Source: an uncultured Methylococcaceae bacterium (GTDB lineage Bacteria > Pseudomonadota > Gammaproteobacteria > Methylococcales > Methylomonadaceae). From it: 64,000 nucleotides of DNA. Below the pieces are notes generated by a model that saw only the letters and a program-made list of their open reading frames with translations, was not told where the DNA came from and did not search any database. The position numbers were made by a program, and so were the translations under genes. Positions 30,691 through 39,976 of the stretch are shown in pieces; position 1 is the stretch's first letter; every line of letters starts with the position of its first letter. The stretch lies in contig CAJAQT010000125.1 in NCBI GenBank assembly GCA_903944165.1, positions 287 through 64,286 on the forward strand. Reading direction: 5' to 3'.

Positions 30691-32865
30691 ATGTCTATCG
30701 ATATGTCACAATTCCATCAAGTTTTCTTTGAAGAATGTTTCGAAGGACTGGAGGCCATGGAGGCTGGATTGCTGAATCTAAATATAGATGATATCGATCC
30801 AGAAGTGATAAACACCATTTTCAGAGGCGCTCATTCTATTAAAGGCGGGAGTGGAACCTTTGGATTTAATAATGTCGCAGACTTTACGCACATCATGGAA
30901 ACATTACTTGATGAAATGCGTGATGGTCGTCGTCAAGTAACCCAAATAGCAATCAATATTCTTTTGGGTTCAGTGGATTGCTTAAGGGAAATGATCTCTT
31001 CAATACAAAATGAAGAAGAGGTCGATGAATCAAGAGTAGCTCAACATACTGCTGATTTAGATAATGAGTTAAATGGTGTGGCGGAATCAACCCCACCGCC
31101 AAGCCATAAAGTGAGTGCAGAAACAATAATAACTGAACCATCAGAAGTTATATCTGATTCTAGTGAAACCAGCGATACCAATGAAGAATCAGGTTGGAAA
31201 ATTGCTTTTTGCCCTTATCTCGATCTTCTCAAAACGGGTAATGATCCCGTCAGAATGTTTAGAGAACTCTCTGAACTAGGCGAGTTAACATCACTAGCTA
31301 ACATACAAGACGTACCAAGTTTATTCGAAATGGATCCAGAAGAATGTAATATTTCTTGGGATCTTAAAGTAATGGGCGATATTCCACTGGATGAAATTGA
31401 AGAAATTTTTAATTGGGTGGAAGGTGACTGTGAGTTAGATATCCAACCGATTGCCCCCAAACCAGTCAAAAAAATAGCCCCTCCCGTTAGTCAAGCTGAA
31501 CCTGAACTTGACACTGAAGAGACTATCGCAACTCAAGCGAAGGAACCGCAGCAACCAACTCAGCCAGAAATTATTGTTGAACAAGCTGAAGTCAGCAAAG
31601 ACATTGAAGCTATTCCAAAGCCTCCAACAACCGCGCCTAAAGAACCAAATAAAAAGGTACAGCTGGATTCAGATCAATCCAAACTGATCGTACAAGTTGC
31701 CAGCTCAATCAGAGTTGATACCTCAAAAATTGATGCCTTAATAAATATGGTTGGCGAAGTGGTTATCACCCAATCCATGCTTGGCTTGGTTGGGGAAAAC
31801 TTCACTATGGACAAAGTCGATCAACTAAAAAAAGGCCTGGCTCAATTAGAACGCCACACCAGAGACCTACAGCAAAGCGTCATGAATGTACGCATGCTAC
31901 CCATTAGCTTTGTTTTTAGTCGCTTTCCCAGATTGGTTCATGATATAAGCAGCAAGCTAGGCAAAAAGATTGAACTTAAATTGGTTGGAGAAAATACTGA
32001 AATTGATAAATCTGTGGTGGAATTAATCAATGACCCTCTTGTTCACTTAATCAGAAACAGCTTGGATCACGGCATTGAAATGCCCGCAAATCGAATTGCA
32101 GCGGGCAAACCAGAAACAGGAACCATTGAATTAAAAGCCTATCATCGCGGCGGACATATTGTCATAGAAATCATCGATGACGGGCATGGCATGGATAAAA
32201 ACAAGTTAATTGCCAAAGCAGTTGAAAAAGGACTTATCGATGACAGCAGTGTCTTAACAGATAAACAAGCTTATGAATTAATTTTCTTACCAGGATTCTC
32301 TACCGCAGAAAAACTAACTGACATTTCAGGTCGTGGCGTAGGGATGGACGTTGTTAGAAGAAATATTGAAGCCTTAGGCGGAAATATAGAAATTTCTTCA
32401 GAATTAGGTCACGGCACAACCATTGCAATTCATTTGCCACTCACCTTAGCGATACTAGACGGTCAATCAGTAGCGGTCGGCGATGAAACCTATATTGTCC
32501 CTCTTGTTTCTATCATTGAATCAATTAACATCACTGAAAAAATGCTCAATAAAGTAGCCGGAAAAGGAGAAACATTCCGTCTACGTAATCAATACATTCC
32601 CATTATTAGGATGCATAAAATATTTAACGTACAACCAAGCTCCAAATCTAAAATGGGGGAGGGTGTTATTGTTGTCGCCGAAGGTCAAGGTGTTTTGTGT
32701 GGATTATTTGTTGATGATTTATTAGGTCAGCAACAAGTTGTAATCAAATCGCTTGAAGCAAACTATCGTAGAGTCGATGGCGTTTCAGGAGCGACTATAT
32801 TAGGTGACGGCTCAGTTGCGTTAATTCTTGATGTGCCAGGCTTGGTTCGATTTTCAAATCGATAA
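30691..32865 (+). CDS. cheA: Chemotaxis histidine kinase CheA
   Basis: Hpt HSIKGG, dimerisation SIRV, DPLVHLIRNSLDHG, PGFSTA, GRGVGMDVV, C-terminal CheW-like domain. Confidence 0.97.
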   Translation: MSIDMSQFHQVFFEECFEGLEAMEAGLLNLNIDDIDPEVINTIFRGAHSIKGGSGTFGFNNVADFTHIMETLLDEMRDGRRQVTQIAINILLGSVDCLREMISSIQNEEEVDESRVAQHTADLDNELNGVAESTPPPSHKVSAETIITEPSEVISDSSETSDTNEESGWKIAFCPYLDLLKTGNDPVRMFRELSELGELTSLANIQDVPSLFEMDPEECNISWDLKVMGDIPLDEIEEIFNWVEGDCELDIQPIAPKPVKKIAPPVSQAEPELDTEETIATQAKEPQQPTQPEIIVEQAEVSKDIEAIPKPPTTAPKEPNKKVQLDSDQSKLIVQVASSIRVDTSKIDALINMVGEVVITQSMLGLVGENFTMDKVDQLKKGLAQLERHTRDLQQSVMNVRMLPISFVFSRFPRLVHDISSKLGKKIELKLVGENTEIDKSVVELINDPLVHLIRNSLDHGIEMPANRIAAGKPETGTIELKAYHRGGHIVIEIIDDGHGMDKNKLIAKAVEKGLIDDSSVLTDKQAYELIFLPGFSTAEKLTDISGRGVGMDVVRRNIEALGGNIEISSELGHGTTIAIHLPLTLAILDGQSVAVGDETYIVPLVSIIESINITEKMLNKVAGKGETFRLRNQYIPIIRMHKIFNVQPSSKSKMGEGVIVVAEGQGVLCGLFVDDLLGQQQVVIKSLEANYRRVDGVSGATILGDGSVALILDVPGLVRFSNR

Positions 32866-32894
32866 CTATTAATTAGCATTCCTTAACTCTTGTT

Positions 32895-33431
32895 ATGAAT
32901 AAAAATGTAACCCAAGAAGTTGAAAAAAAAGATAACGACCATGATCGATTCAGTAACAAAATCGATAATGCAGGTCAATACCTAAGCTTTACTTTAGGCA
33001 AAGAAGAATATGGCGTTGATATTCTTAGAGTACAGGAAATTCGTAGCTGGGAACCCGTATCAAGAATTCCTAACGTACCGCCTTATGAAAAAGGTGTTGT
33101 TAATTTGCGTGGCTCTATCGTGCCGATTATTGACTTAAGAGAACGGTTTAAACTTAAATCAGCAGATTACACATTACTGACTGTGGTGGTTGTTTTGCAA
33201 ATTGGTGATATCAAAAAAACCAGAACGATGGGCGTAGTTGTAGATTCCGTCTCAGATGTCATTACTGTAGATAAAGCACAAATACAAAGCGCACCAGACT
33301 TTGGTACTAAAATTAGTAATGAATTTATTAATGGCTTAGTCTCGGTAAATGAACGCATGGTCATGCTATTGGATGTCGATAAATTACTAAAACTTGAAGA
33401 ATTAGATCAAACAGAAAATTCAGTTTTCTAG
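32895..33431 (+). CDS. cheW: CheW adaptor (copy 1)
   Basis: YLSFTLGKEEYGVDILRVQEIR, GVVNLRGSIVPIIDLR. Confidence 0.95.
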   Translation: MNKNVTQEVEKKDNDHDRFSNKIDNAGQYLSFTLGKEEYGVDILRVQEIRSWEPVSRIPNVPPYEKGVVNLRGSIVPIIDLRERFKLKSADYTLLTVVVVLQIGDIKKTRTMGVVVDSVSDVITVDKAQIQSAPDFGTKISNEFINGLVSVNERMVMLLDVDKLLKLEELDQTENSVF

Positions 33432-33714
33432 CCTTATGTTAGAAATAAGACCTGCTAGTAAAATACTCATAATACAAGCAAAGATACGCAAGCAATTTTA
33501 TAGCGAAATAAAGGCCGAGCTATCGATAGATGTGCTTAGTTTCTTAAACTTACTTACAAATTGTTCACTCAACGCTGATGGCTTATACACAAAGTTAATT
33601 AGATCTCTATAATTAACCTAAAAATCACGTTGATTAAGTATTGAAGCTATAAAAATTCGCAACCGCCTTTATTGAAACGTAAGCATAATGATTTTAATGT
33701 TGCACAAATAAACC

Positions 33715-34236
33715 GTGAAAGCACTCTCTATGACGACTGATACTCAAGCAAATAATAATCCAATAAAGCAAAATCAAATTGAACAATTTCTTACGTTTCA
33801 ACTTGCCGAAGAAGCTTATGGCGTTGATATTCTAAAAGTTCAAGAGATAAGAGGATGGGAAACAGTCCGCGTTATCCCAAACACACCATCTTTCATAAAA
33901 GGTGTATTGAATCTTCGTGGCTTAGTTGTTCCCATTGTTGACTTACGGGAACGTTTTTCTCTTGAAAAAAGTCAATATAATCATAAAACAGTTGTTATTG
34001 TGCTTTGTGTTAAACACTTAGACAGTACTTTTGTGATGGGCATTGTGGCCGATGCCGTCTCCGATGTTTTAGACATAAAAGTTGATGACATTAAAAAAGC
34101 GCCAAATTTTGGTACTAAAATAGATACTCGATATATGCGAGGAATGTACGTTCACCATAAAAATATGATTATGTTATTGGATGTTGACCGACTACTCAAC
34201 CCAGATGAAATTGAGAGTATTGATAACTTGGAGTAA
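33715..34236 (+). CDS. cheW: CheW adaptor (copy 2)
   Basis: FLTFQLAEEAYGVDILKVQEIRG, GVLNLRGLVVPIVDLR; start is GTG 33715 or ATG 33730. Confidence 0.94.
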   Translation: MKALSMTTDTQANNNPIKQNQIEQFLTFQLAEEAYGVDILKVQEIRGWETVRVIPNTPSFIKGVLNLRGLVVPIVDLRERFSLEKSQYNHKTVVIVLCVKHLDSTFVMGIVADAVSDVLDIKVDDIKKAPNFGTKIDTRYMRGMYVHHKNMIMLLDVDRLLNPDEIESIDNLE

Positions 34237-34239
34237 AGG

Positions 34240-35004
34240 GTGAAAGTTATCGCCATAATCAATCAAAAAGGCGGTGTAGGTAAAACTACCACTTCTGCCA
34301 ATTTAGGCTCTGCTATTGCAGAGCTTGGTAAAAAAGTAACTATAATCGACCTTGATCCTCAAGGTCATTTGGCGGTGTCTTTAGGTGTACGAAAAAACCA
34401 AAGTGGTATTGATGAAGTTTTAACTGGCGAAAAATCGATACAACAACAAGTCATCTCCCTTAGCGATAATTTACAGATCATTACGTCTGGATTAAAACTT
34501 AAAGAAATTGAACAGTTGACAGAAAATAGGGCGCATCGCGGCGATTTGTTAAAGAATGCATTACATGAAAGCCTACAAGATCAAGACTATGTCTTCATTG
34601 ATTGCCCGCCGTCATCAGGCTTACTTATTGTCAATGCATTATTTGCTACTGATGAAATAGTCATTCCAATGACTAGTGATTTTTTGGCTCTACAAGGTTT
34701 GTCCCACCTAATGGGCACTATTAAAAAATTTGAAAGTGTATTAAAAAAACAATATATCGCTTGGTTAGTTATTTCCCGGTACACCCCGAATAGAAAAATT
34801 TCAAAACAAGTGCTGAATATGTTGCTGACTTATTTTCCTAAACAGATTTTAGCAACAACGATTAAAGAGACTACCTTGCTCGCGGAATGCCCAAGCTTTG
34901 GGCAATCGATTCTTGAATACAGATCAGGAAGTCGCTCAGCAAAAGAATTTAGAAAACTTGCAATAGATTTTATGGAAGGCAGGATTATGTATGGCAAAAA
35001 ATAA
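34240..35004 (+). CDS. ParA/MinD-family ATPase (chemosensory array positioning, ParC/PpfA-like)
   Basis: Deviant Walker A KGGVGKTT, DLDPQG, IDCPPS, ECPSFG; embedded in the che cluster; GTG start. Confidence 0.9.
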   Translation: MKVIAIINQKGGVGKTTTSANLGSAIAELGKKVTIIDLDPQGHLAVSLGVRKNQSGIDEVLTGEKSIQQQVISLSDNLQIITSGLKLKEIEQLTENRAHRGDLLKNALHESLQDQDYVFIDCPPSSGLLIVNALFATDEIVIPMTSDFLALQGLSHLMGTIKKFESVLKKQYIAWLVISRYTPNRKISKQVLNMLLTYFPKQILATTIKETTLLAECPSFGQSILEYRSGSRSAKEFRKLAIDFMEGRIMYGKK

Positions 35005-35407
35005 TAACACTGTAGGTGATGACAATAATCTAATTGGTTACGATCCTCTCGCGTGGATGACGGAAGAGCTCCTTGAACAAGAAACCGTTGCAGAAGAAGA
35101 AAACACCATTAGCGTACAAGAATTTGAAGTAATTAAACCAAGTGGCTCTATTAAATTAGAAGCAGTGCTTAATATTCAAAATGTCACGCCGCTGCATGAA
35201 AAACTTAAAAACTCGGTTGCAGCCAATGATTTAATAGAAATAGAAGTTAGCGATGTGACGTCAATAGACACTACAACGCTACAATTGCTTGTTGCCTTGA
35301 AAAAGGAATCCATAAAATTGCAGAAAATTGTGATCTTTATTAATCCCTCACCAAGGTTTTTAGAATCAGCTAAATTATTAGGTTTACTTGAAATACTTGA
35401 CGTCTAA
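34991..35407 (+). CDS. STAS-domain protein with an acidic N-terminal extension
   Basis: C-terminal STAS fold (VSDVTSIDTTTLQLL); overlaps the ParA stop. Confidence 0.8.
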   Translation: MAKNNNTVGDDNNLIGYDPLAWMTEELLEQETVAEEENTISVQEFEVIKPSGSIKLEAVLNIQNVTPLHEKLKNSVAANDLIEIEVSDVTSIDTTTLQLLVALKKESIKLQKIVIFINPSPRFLESAKLLGLLEILDV

Positions 35408-35454
35408 ATTCTCATAATTCTCATCAGGAAAACATAAAGGTAATCATTTCATAT

Positions 35455-36294
35455 ATGGCTGTACAAGAAAGAGAGCGTGAATTTAAATTTACCTTCGATG
35501 ATTTTAATTTTCTAAGAACACTATCAAATCAATACTCAGGCATACAGGTCCCTGACGAACGTTTTGACATGTTTTATGCACGTCTATCAAAAAGAATACG
35601 ACGCCTTGGTCTTACTGATTTTAAAGCCTATTGCGACTATTTAAACGAGCACCCAGAATTAGAATTTACTGAATTTATTAATGCCATCACAACAAATTTA
35701 ACCTCTTTCTTCAGAGAAAATCATCATTTTGATTATTTAAAAGAAACCGTAATTCCTGAATTACTGATTAGAAATAAAAGCACTCAAAAAATTCGCGTCT
35801 GGTCTGCTGGCTGCTCAACAGGCGAAGAACCATACTCTATCGCCATTACTTTATTAGAAAATGTTCCAGCAAATTGGGATATAAAAATATTAGCTACTGA
35901 CTTAGACACTGCTGTTTTAAGCACTGCCGCATTAGGCGTTTATACAGATGAACGTGTTACTGGAATCTCAGAAGACATTTTAAAAAAATGGTTTATGAGA
36001 GGTAAGTCTTCTCAATCTGGGTACGTTAAGGTTAATCCGCAATTACAAAAATTAATTAGCTTCAACCAACTAAATCTTATGGAGAAATGGCCAATGAAAG
36101 GTGGATTTGACTTCATTTTCTGCCGTAATGTTCTGATTTATTTTGATCGAGCAACTAAAATTAAATTAGCCCAGCGTTATTCAGATATTTTGGCAGATAA
36201 TTCGTGGTTATTTATTGGCCATTCTGAATCATTAAATCAACTTTCAACTGAACTTGAATTGGTCGCATGTACCAGTTATAGGAAAATCAAGTAA
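35455..36294 (+). CDS. cheR: Chemotaxis methyltransferase CheR
   Basis: TTNLTSFFRE, RVWSAGCSTGEEPYS, IFCRNVLIYF. Confidence 0.97.
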   Translation: MAVQEREREFKFTFDDFNFLRTLSNQYSGIQVPDERFDMFYARLSKRIRRLGLTDFKAYCDYLNEHPELEFTEFINAITTNLTSFFRENHHFDYLKETVIPELLIRNKSTQKIRVWSAGCSTGEEPYSIAITLLENVPANWDIKILATDLDTAVLSTAALGVYTDERVTGISEDILKKWFMRGKSSQSGYVKVNPQLQKLISFNQLNLMEKWPMKGGFDFIFCRNVLIYFDRATKIKLAQRYSDILADNSWLFIGHSESLNQLSTELELVACTSYRKIK

Positions 36295-36299
36295 ATCAA

Positions 36300-36938
36300 A
36301 TGAGTAAAAAGGAAAACATAAACAGCCCTTCCATTACGGGTTTTGAACGAATCAACCGATATTTAGATAATGTCCATGGGGTTGTTGCAGCCAAAATTTT
36401 ACCTGGCGAATACTATGTCACCAAAGAAGATGAGCTTATAACAACCGTTTTAGGCTCATGCATTTCTGCCTGTATCAGAGATAAAGAGTCTGGGATTGGC
36501 GGTATGAACCACTTTATGCTTCCAGTGACAACATCAGACAAAATAAAAAAAAATAATGAAGCCGTGGTAGGAAATGCGACGCGTTATGGAAACTTTGCCA
36601 TGGAACACTTGATTAATACTATTTTAAGCAATGGTGGTAAAAGAAAAAATCTGGAGGTTAAGGTGTTTGGTGGCGGTAAAATCATTCCTACACTTACCGA
36701 TATCGGCATCAAAAATATTGAATTTGTTTTGGAATATATCGATACCGAAGGCTTAAATTTAGTATCGCAAGACCTAGGCAACATTTACCCAAGAAAAATA
36801 ATTTATTTCCCAAAAACAGGAAAAGTAGGCATGAAGAAAATCCAAGACCTTCACAACACAACTATCGTACAAAGAGAAAGACAGTATTTTGATCACATTA
36901 AAAACGCACCTGTAGCGGGTGATGTCGAACTTTTTTAA
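36300..36938 (+). CDS. cheD: Chemoreceptor glutamine deamidase CheD
   Basis: TVLGSCIS, GGMNHFMLP, KVFGGG. Confidence 0.95.
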   Translation: MSKKENINSPSITGFERINRYLDNVHGVVAAKILPGEYYVTKEDELITTVLGSCISACIRDKESGIGGMNHFMLPVTTSDKIKKNNEAVVGNATRYGNFAMEHLINTILSNGGKRKNLEVKVFGGGKIIPTLTDIGIKNIEFVLEYIDTEGLNLVSQDLGNIYPRKIIYFPKTGKVGMKKIQDLHNTTIVQRERQYFDHIKNAPVAGDVELF

Positions 36939-36969
36939 TAATTATATCTGTACACGTAATCAATAAGGC

Positions 36970-37386
36970 ATGAAAAAAATAAAAGTACTCATTGTTGATG
37001 ACTCTTTATTAATTAGAGAGGTGTTAACTGAAATTTTAAACTCTTCTCCTGAAATAGAGGTCGTTGGAGCGGCAGAAGATGCCTATGTTGCTCGTGAAAT
37101 GATAAAACAATTAGATCCAGACGTACTAACTCTTGATGTAGAAATGCCTAGAATGAACGGAATTACTTTTTTACGTAATTTGATGCGTTTACGTCCAATG
37201 CCTGTGGTTATGATTTCAGCCTTAACGGAAAGTAATGCAGAAGTTACGCTTGAAGCTTTATCAATAGGCGCGGTCGATTTCATTGCAAAACCAGTCGTTA
37301 ATGTTGAAAATACATTAAATGATTACTCTGATGATATTATTGCAAAAGTAATTATGGCATCCAAAGCTAATTTCAGGACAACATAA
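36970..37386 (+). CDS. Stand-alone CheB-type receiver domain (no methylesterase domain)
   Basis: 138 aa, about 72% identical (39 differences by hand alignment) to the N-terminus of the adjacent CheB; DD, phosphoacceptor D, S and K retained. Confidence 0.85.
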   Translation: MKKIKVLIVDDSLLIREVLTEILNSSPEIEVVGAAEDAYVAREMIKQLDPDVLTLDVEMPRMNGITFLRNLMRLRPMPVVMISALTESNAEVTLEALSIGAVDFIAKPVVNVENTLNDYSDDIIAKVIMASKANFRTT

Positions 37387-37450
37387 TTATGGACACAAAA
37401 AAGATTAGTTTATTTTTACTATTAAACGAATGATTTAAGGTTCTTCTGAT

Positions 37451-38530
37451 ATGAATAAAATTCGAGTTTTGATAATAGATGATTCTGCATTAGTCAGAAA
37501 AATTTTAACTGAAGTCCTCACTTCTTCGCCTGATATTGAGGTTATAGGCACAGCAGCAGATCCCCTGATTGCTAGAGAAATGATTAAACAATTAAATCCA
37601 GATGTATTAACTCTGGATATTGAAATGCCCCACATGGACGGTATAACTTTCTTAAGAAATCTGATGCGTTTACGACCAACGCCTGTGATCATGATTTCAA
37701 CATTAACTGAAAAAGGTGCCGAAGTCACTTTAGAGGCCTTGTCTTTAGGTGCAGTTGATTTTATTTTTAAACCCAAAGTTAATGTAGTCAAAACATTGAA
37801 TGACTATGCTGACGAAATTATTGCTAAAATTAGGGTTGCTGCCAAAGCAAATGTCCGTAATATCAACTACAGACCAGTAAAATCAAAATCTGATGATATT
37901 GTTCCCAAAACAGTTCCATCGCCTAAATCACCTAATACTGACAATTCGAATACCATTATTGCCTTAGGCGCCTCAACTGGAGGTACTGAAGCAATTAAAG
38001 TGGTGGCTAAAGGACTCAACGCTGAAACTCCACCACTATTTATAACTCAACATTTACCCGCAGCATTTAGTGTGTCATTCGTACAACATGTTGACATGGT
38101 CACGGAAATGAAAGCAGGCATTCCTACTCATGGAGAAATTGCTAAAAAAGGGCATATTTACCTTGCACCAGGCGATAAGCACATGTTGGTAGTCAGGGAA
38201 AATGGTCAGTATGTCATTCATTTAAGCGATAGCGACCCCGTCAATAGACACAAACCTGCCGTTGACGTACTCTTTCAATCTATTGCTGAATGCGCAGGAA
38301 AAAATGCCATTGCTATCTTACTAACTGGCATGGGTGCGGACGGTGCTATAGGCATGAAGCAAATGCATGACTTGGGCGCTAAAACACTAATTCAAGACGA
38401 GCAATCGAGTGTTGTATGGGGAATGCCTGGAGCAGCTTATAAGCTAGGCTGCACCGATTATGTATTGCCCATAGACGACATTGCTAATCAAATTCAAACG
38501 TTAATAAAACAACTCAAACACAGCAATTAA
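37451..38530 (+). CDS. cheB: Chemotaxis methylesterase CheB
   Basis: Receiver domain plus GASTGG (Ser), QHL (His), GMGADG (Asp). Confidence 0.97.
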   Translation: MNKIRVLIIDDSALVRKILTEVLTSSPDIEVIGTAADPLIAREMIKQLNPDVLTLDIEMPHMDGITFLRNLMRLRPTPVIMISTLTEKGAEVTLEALSLGAVDFIFKPKVNVVKTLNDYADEIIAKIRVAAKANVRNINYRPVKSKSDDIVPKTVPSPKSPNTDNSNTIIALGASTGGTEAIKVVAKGLNAETPPLFITQHLPAAFSVSFVQHVDMVTEMKAGIPTHGEIAKKGHIYLAPGDKHMLVVRENGQYVIHLSDSDPVNRHKPAVDVLFQSIAECAGKNAIAILLTGMGADGAIGMKQMHDLGAKTLIQDEQSSVVWGMPGAAYKLGCTDYVLPIDDIANQIQTLIKQLKHSN

Positions 38531-38606
38531 AGAAGATAATCAATAGTTGGGTAGTAATTTAATTAACGAATTTCGATGATAAACCTTAACAACAAACAGC
38601 CTCCCT

Positions 38607-39215
38607 ATGAACATTCAAACAAAATCTCAATTTGTTGCCGTAGCATCTATTACATCTGAATTAAGTGCGGTCATGGTCGTTGCTAAGGAAATATCATTAG
38701 CCGCAGCTAATGCTAAAGCAATTGCATTTAGAGCGGGAGACAAAGCAAAAGGATTCCAACCAATTACTGATTTCATTAACGAGCTAGCTAAAGAAACAAT
38801 CGAGTTAGTCACCAGTATCAACGTTTACGCACTATCACTATACCAACTCACCGTTAATGAATATCGTAAAACAATAGCCTACAATAAATTTGAACTCATC
38901 ACTGAATTATCAAAAGGCGCCGCCTATGCACGCTCTATGGAAGAGCCTCTTGAAAAAGCGAAAATCACCATGGAAAACTGTCAGCGACAATTTAAACGTG
39001 ATGTAAAACAATTATTAGATCAGCTAGAAGCAGTTATGCATCATGCTAGAGCTGCACGAGTAATTGCTGCAAATTCAAGAATTGAAGCCTCTCAGGCAGG
39101 TGAATATCTACAAAGTTTACAAGCAGTAGCTGAAAGTGTAGATAAAGCAGCACATACCATTCACGATAATGTGCAACGTTGTAGAATCGCATTATCTCTT
39201 TATAGAAATAATTGA
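38607..39215 (+). CDS. Small soluble MCP-signalling-domain-like protein
   Basis: ISLAAANAKAIAFRAGDKAKGFQPITDFINELA resembles the MCP hairpin tip; a second degenerate copy is VIAANSRIEASQAGE; no TM segment. Confidence 0.7.
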   Translation: MNIQTKSQFVAVASITSELSAVMVVAKEISLAAANAKAIAFRAGDKAKGFQPITDFINELAKETIELVTSINVYALSLYQLTVNEYRKTIAYNKFELITELSKGAAYARSMEEPLEKAKITMENCQRQFKRDVKQLLDQLEAVMHHARAARVIAANSRIEASQAGEYLQSLQAVAESVDKAAHTIHDNVQRCRIALSLYRNN

Positions 39216-39239
39216 AACCATAAAGTAAGGCAGTGTCTC

Positions 39240-39968
39240 ATGAAAATGACAAAAATATACGAAGGCTCACATCAATGGATTATGTTTGGTAGAGATGAAA
39301 ACAAGCCTTCAAATATCATAGACAGCAACCAATATGCTGTAAGAACAGCTAATAAATGCTTATTAATGGATCCAGGCGGATCTGAATTATTTGCCCCGAT
39401 GATGGCTGCTATTTTGCACCACGCTCCAGTAGAACAAATAACTGATTTGTTTGCATCGCATCAAGATCCAGATGTGATCTCATCATTAGGCTTATGGGAT
39501 CAAGCCCTTTCAAATGCAAAATTACACGCGCCAGCCCTTTGGGAAGGTTTTATTCGTCATTTTGGTTGTGAATCAATTGAATATGTACCAATTCCAGATA
39601 ATGGTGGAACTATAAAATTAGAAAATATTGAGTTGCAACTGATTCCTGCCCATTATTTGCATTCATCTGCTAATTTTCATGTCTATGATCCACAAGCAAA
39701 AATCTTAATGTCTGGAGATGTAGGCTCTGCATTGGAGCCGGCTGGCACGCCGATGTTTGTAGAAAACTTTGATTCACACATTGAAAAAATGAGATATTTT
39801 CATCAACGCTGGATGCCATCCAATCATGCCAAAAGAGCATGGATTGAACGCGTAAGAAATTTAGATATTGATATTCTTGCTCCTCAACATGGCCGAATTT
39901 TTAAAGGCGATGATGTTAAGCACTTCTTAGATTGGTTTGATGCATTACAAGTAGGTGTTGCAGTTTAA
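39240..39968 (+). CDS. Oxygen-binding di-iron protein (ODP-type metallo-beta-lactamase fold)
   Basis: DPGG, SHQDPD, PAHYLHS..NF, SGDVG, FH.RWMPS, PQHG; 242 aa with no flavodoxin domain, so not FprA. Confidence 0.85.
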   Translation: MKMTKIYEGSHQWIMFGRDENKPSNIIDSNQYAVRTANKCLLMDPGGSELFAPMMAAILHHAPVEQITDLFASHQDPDVISSLGLWDQALSNAKLHAPALWEGFIRHFGCESIEYVPIPDNGGTIKLENIELQLIPAHYLHSSANFHVYDPQAKILMSGDVGSALEPAGTPMFVENFDSHIEKMRYFHQRWMPSNHAKRAWIERVRNLDIDILAPQHGRIFKGDDVKHFLDWFDALQVGVAV

Positions 39969-39976
39969 AACAGCAA

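Noticed and set aside
33476-33530. Riboswitch-like or sigma28-like words in the cheW-cheW gap (GCAAAG..ACGCAAG, GCCGAGCT)
   Set aside because: The required stems are missing and there is no TAAA at 15-nt spacing.
39240-39968. Calling the MBL-fold protein a beta-lactamase or FprA
   Set aside because: The motif is HQDPD rather than HxHxDH/HxExDH, there is no signal peptide or flavodoxin domain, and the context is chemosensory.
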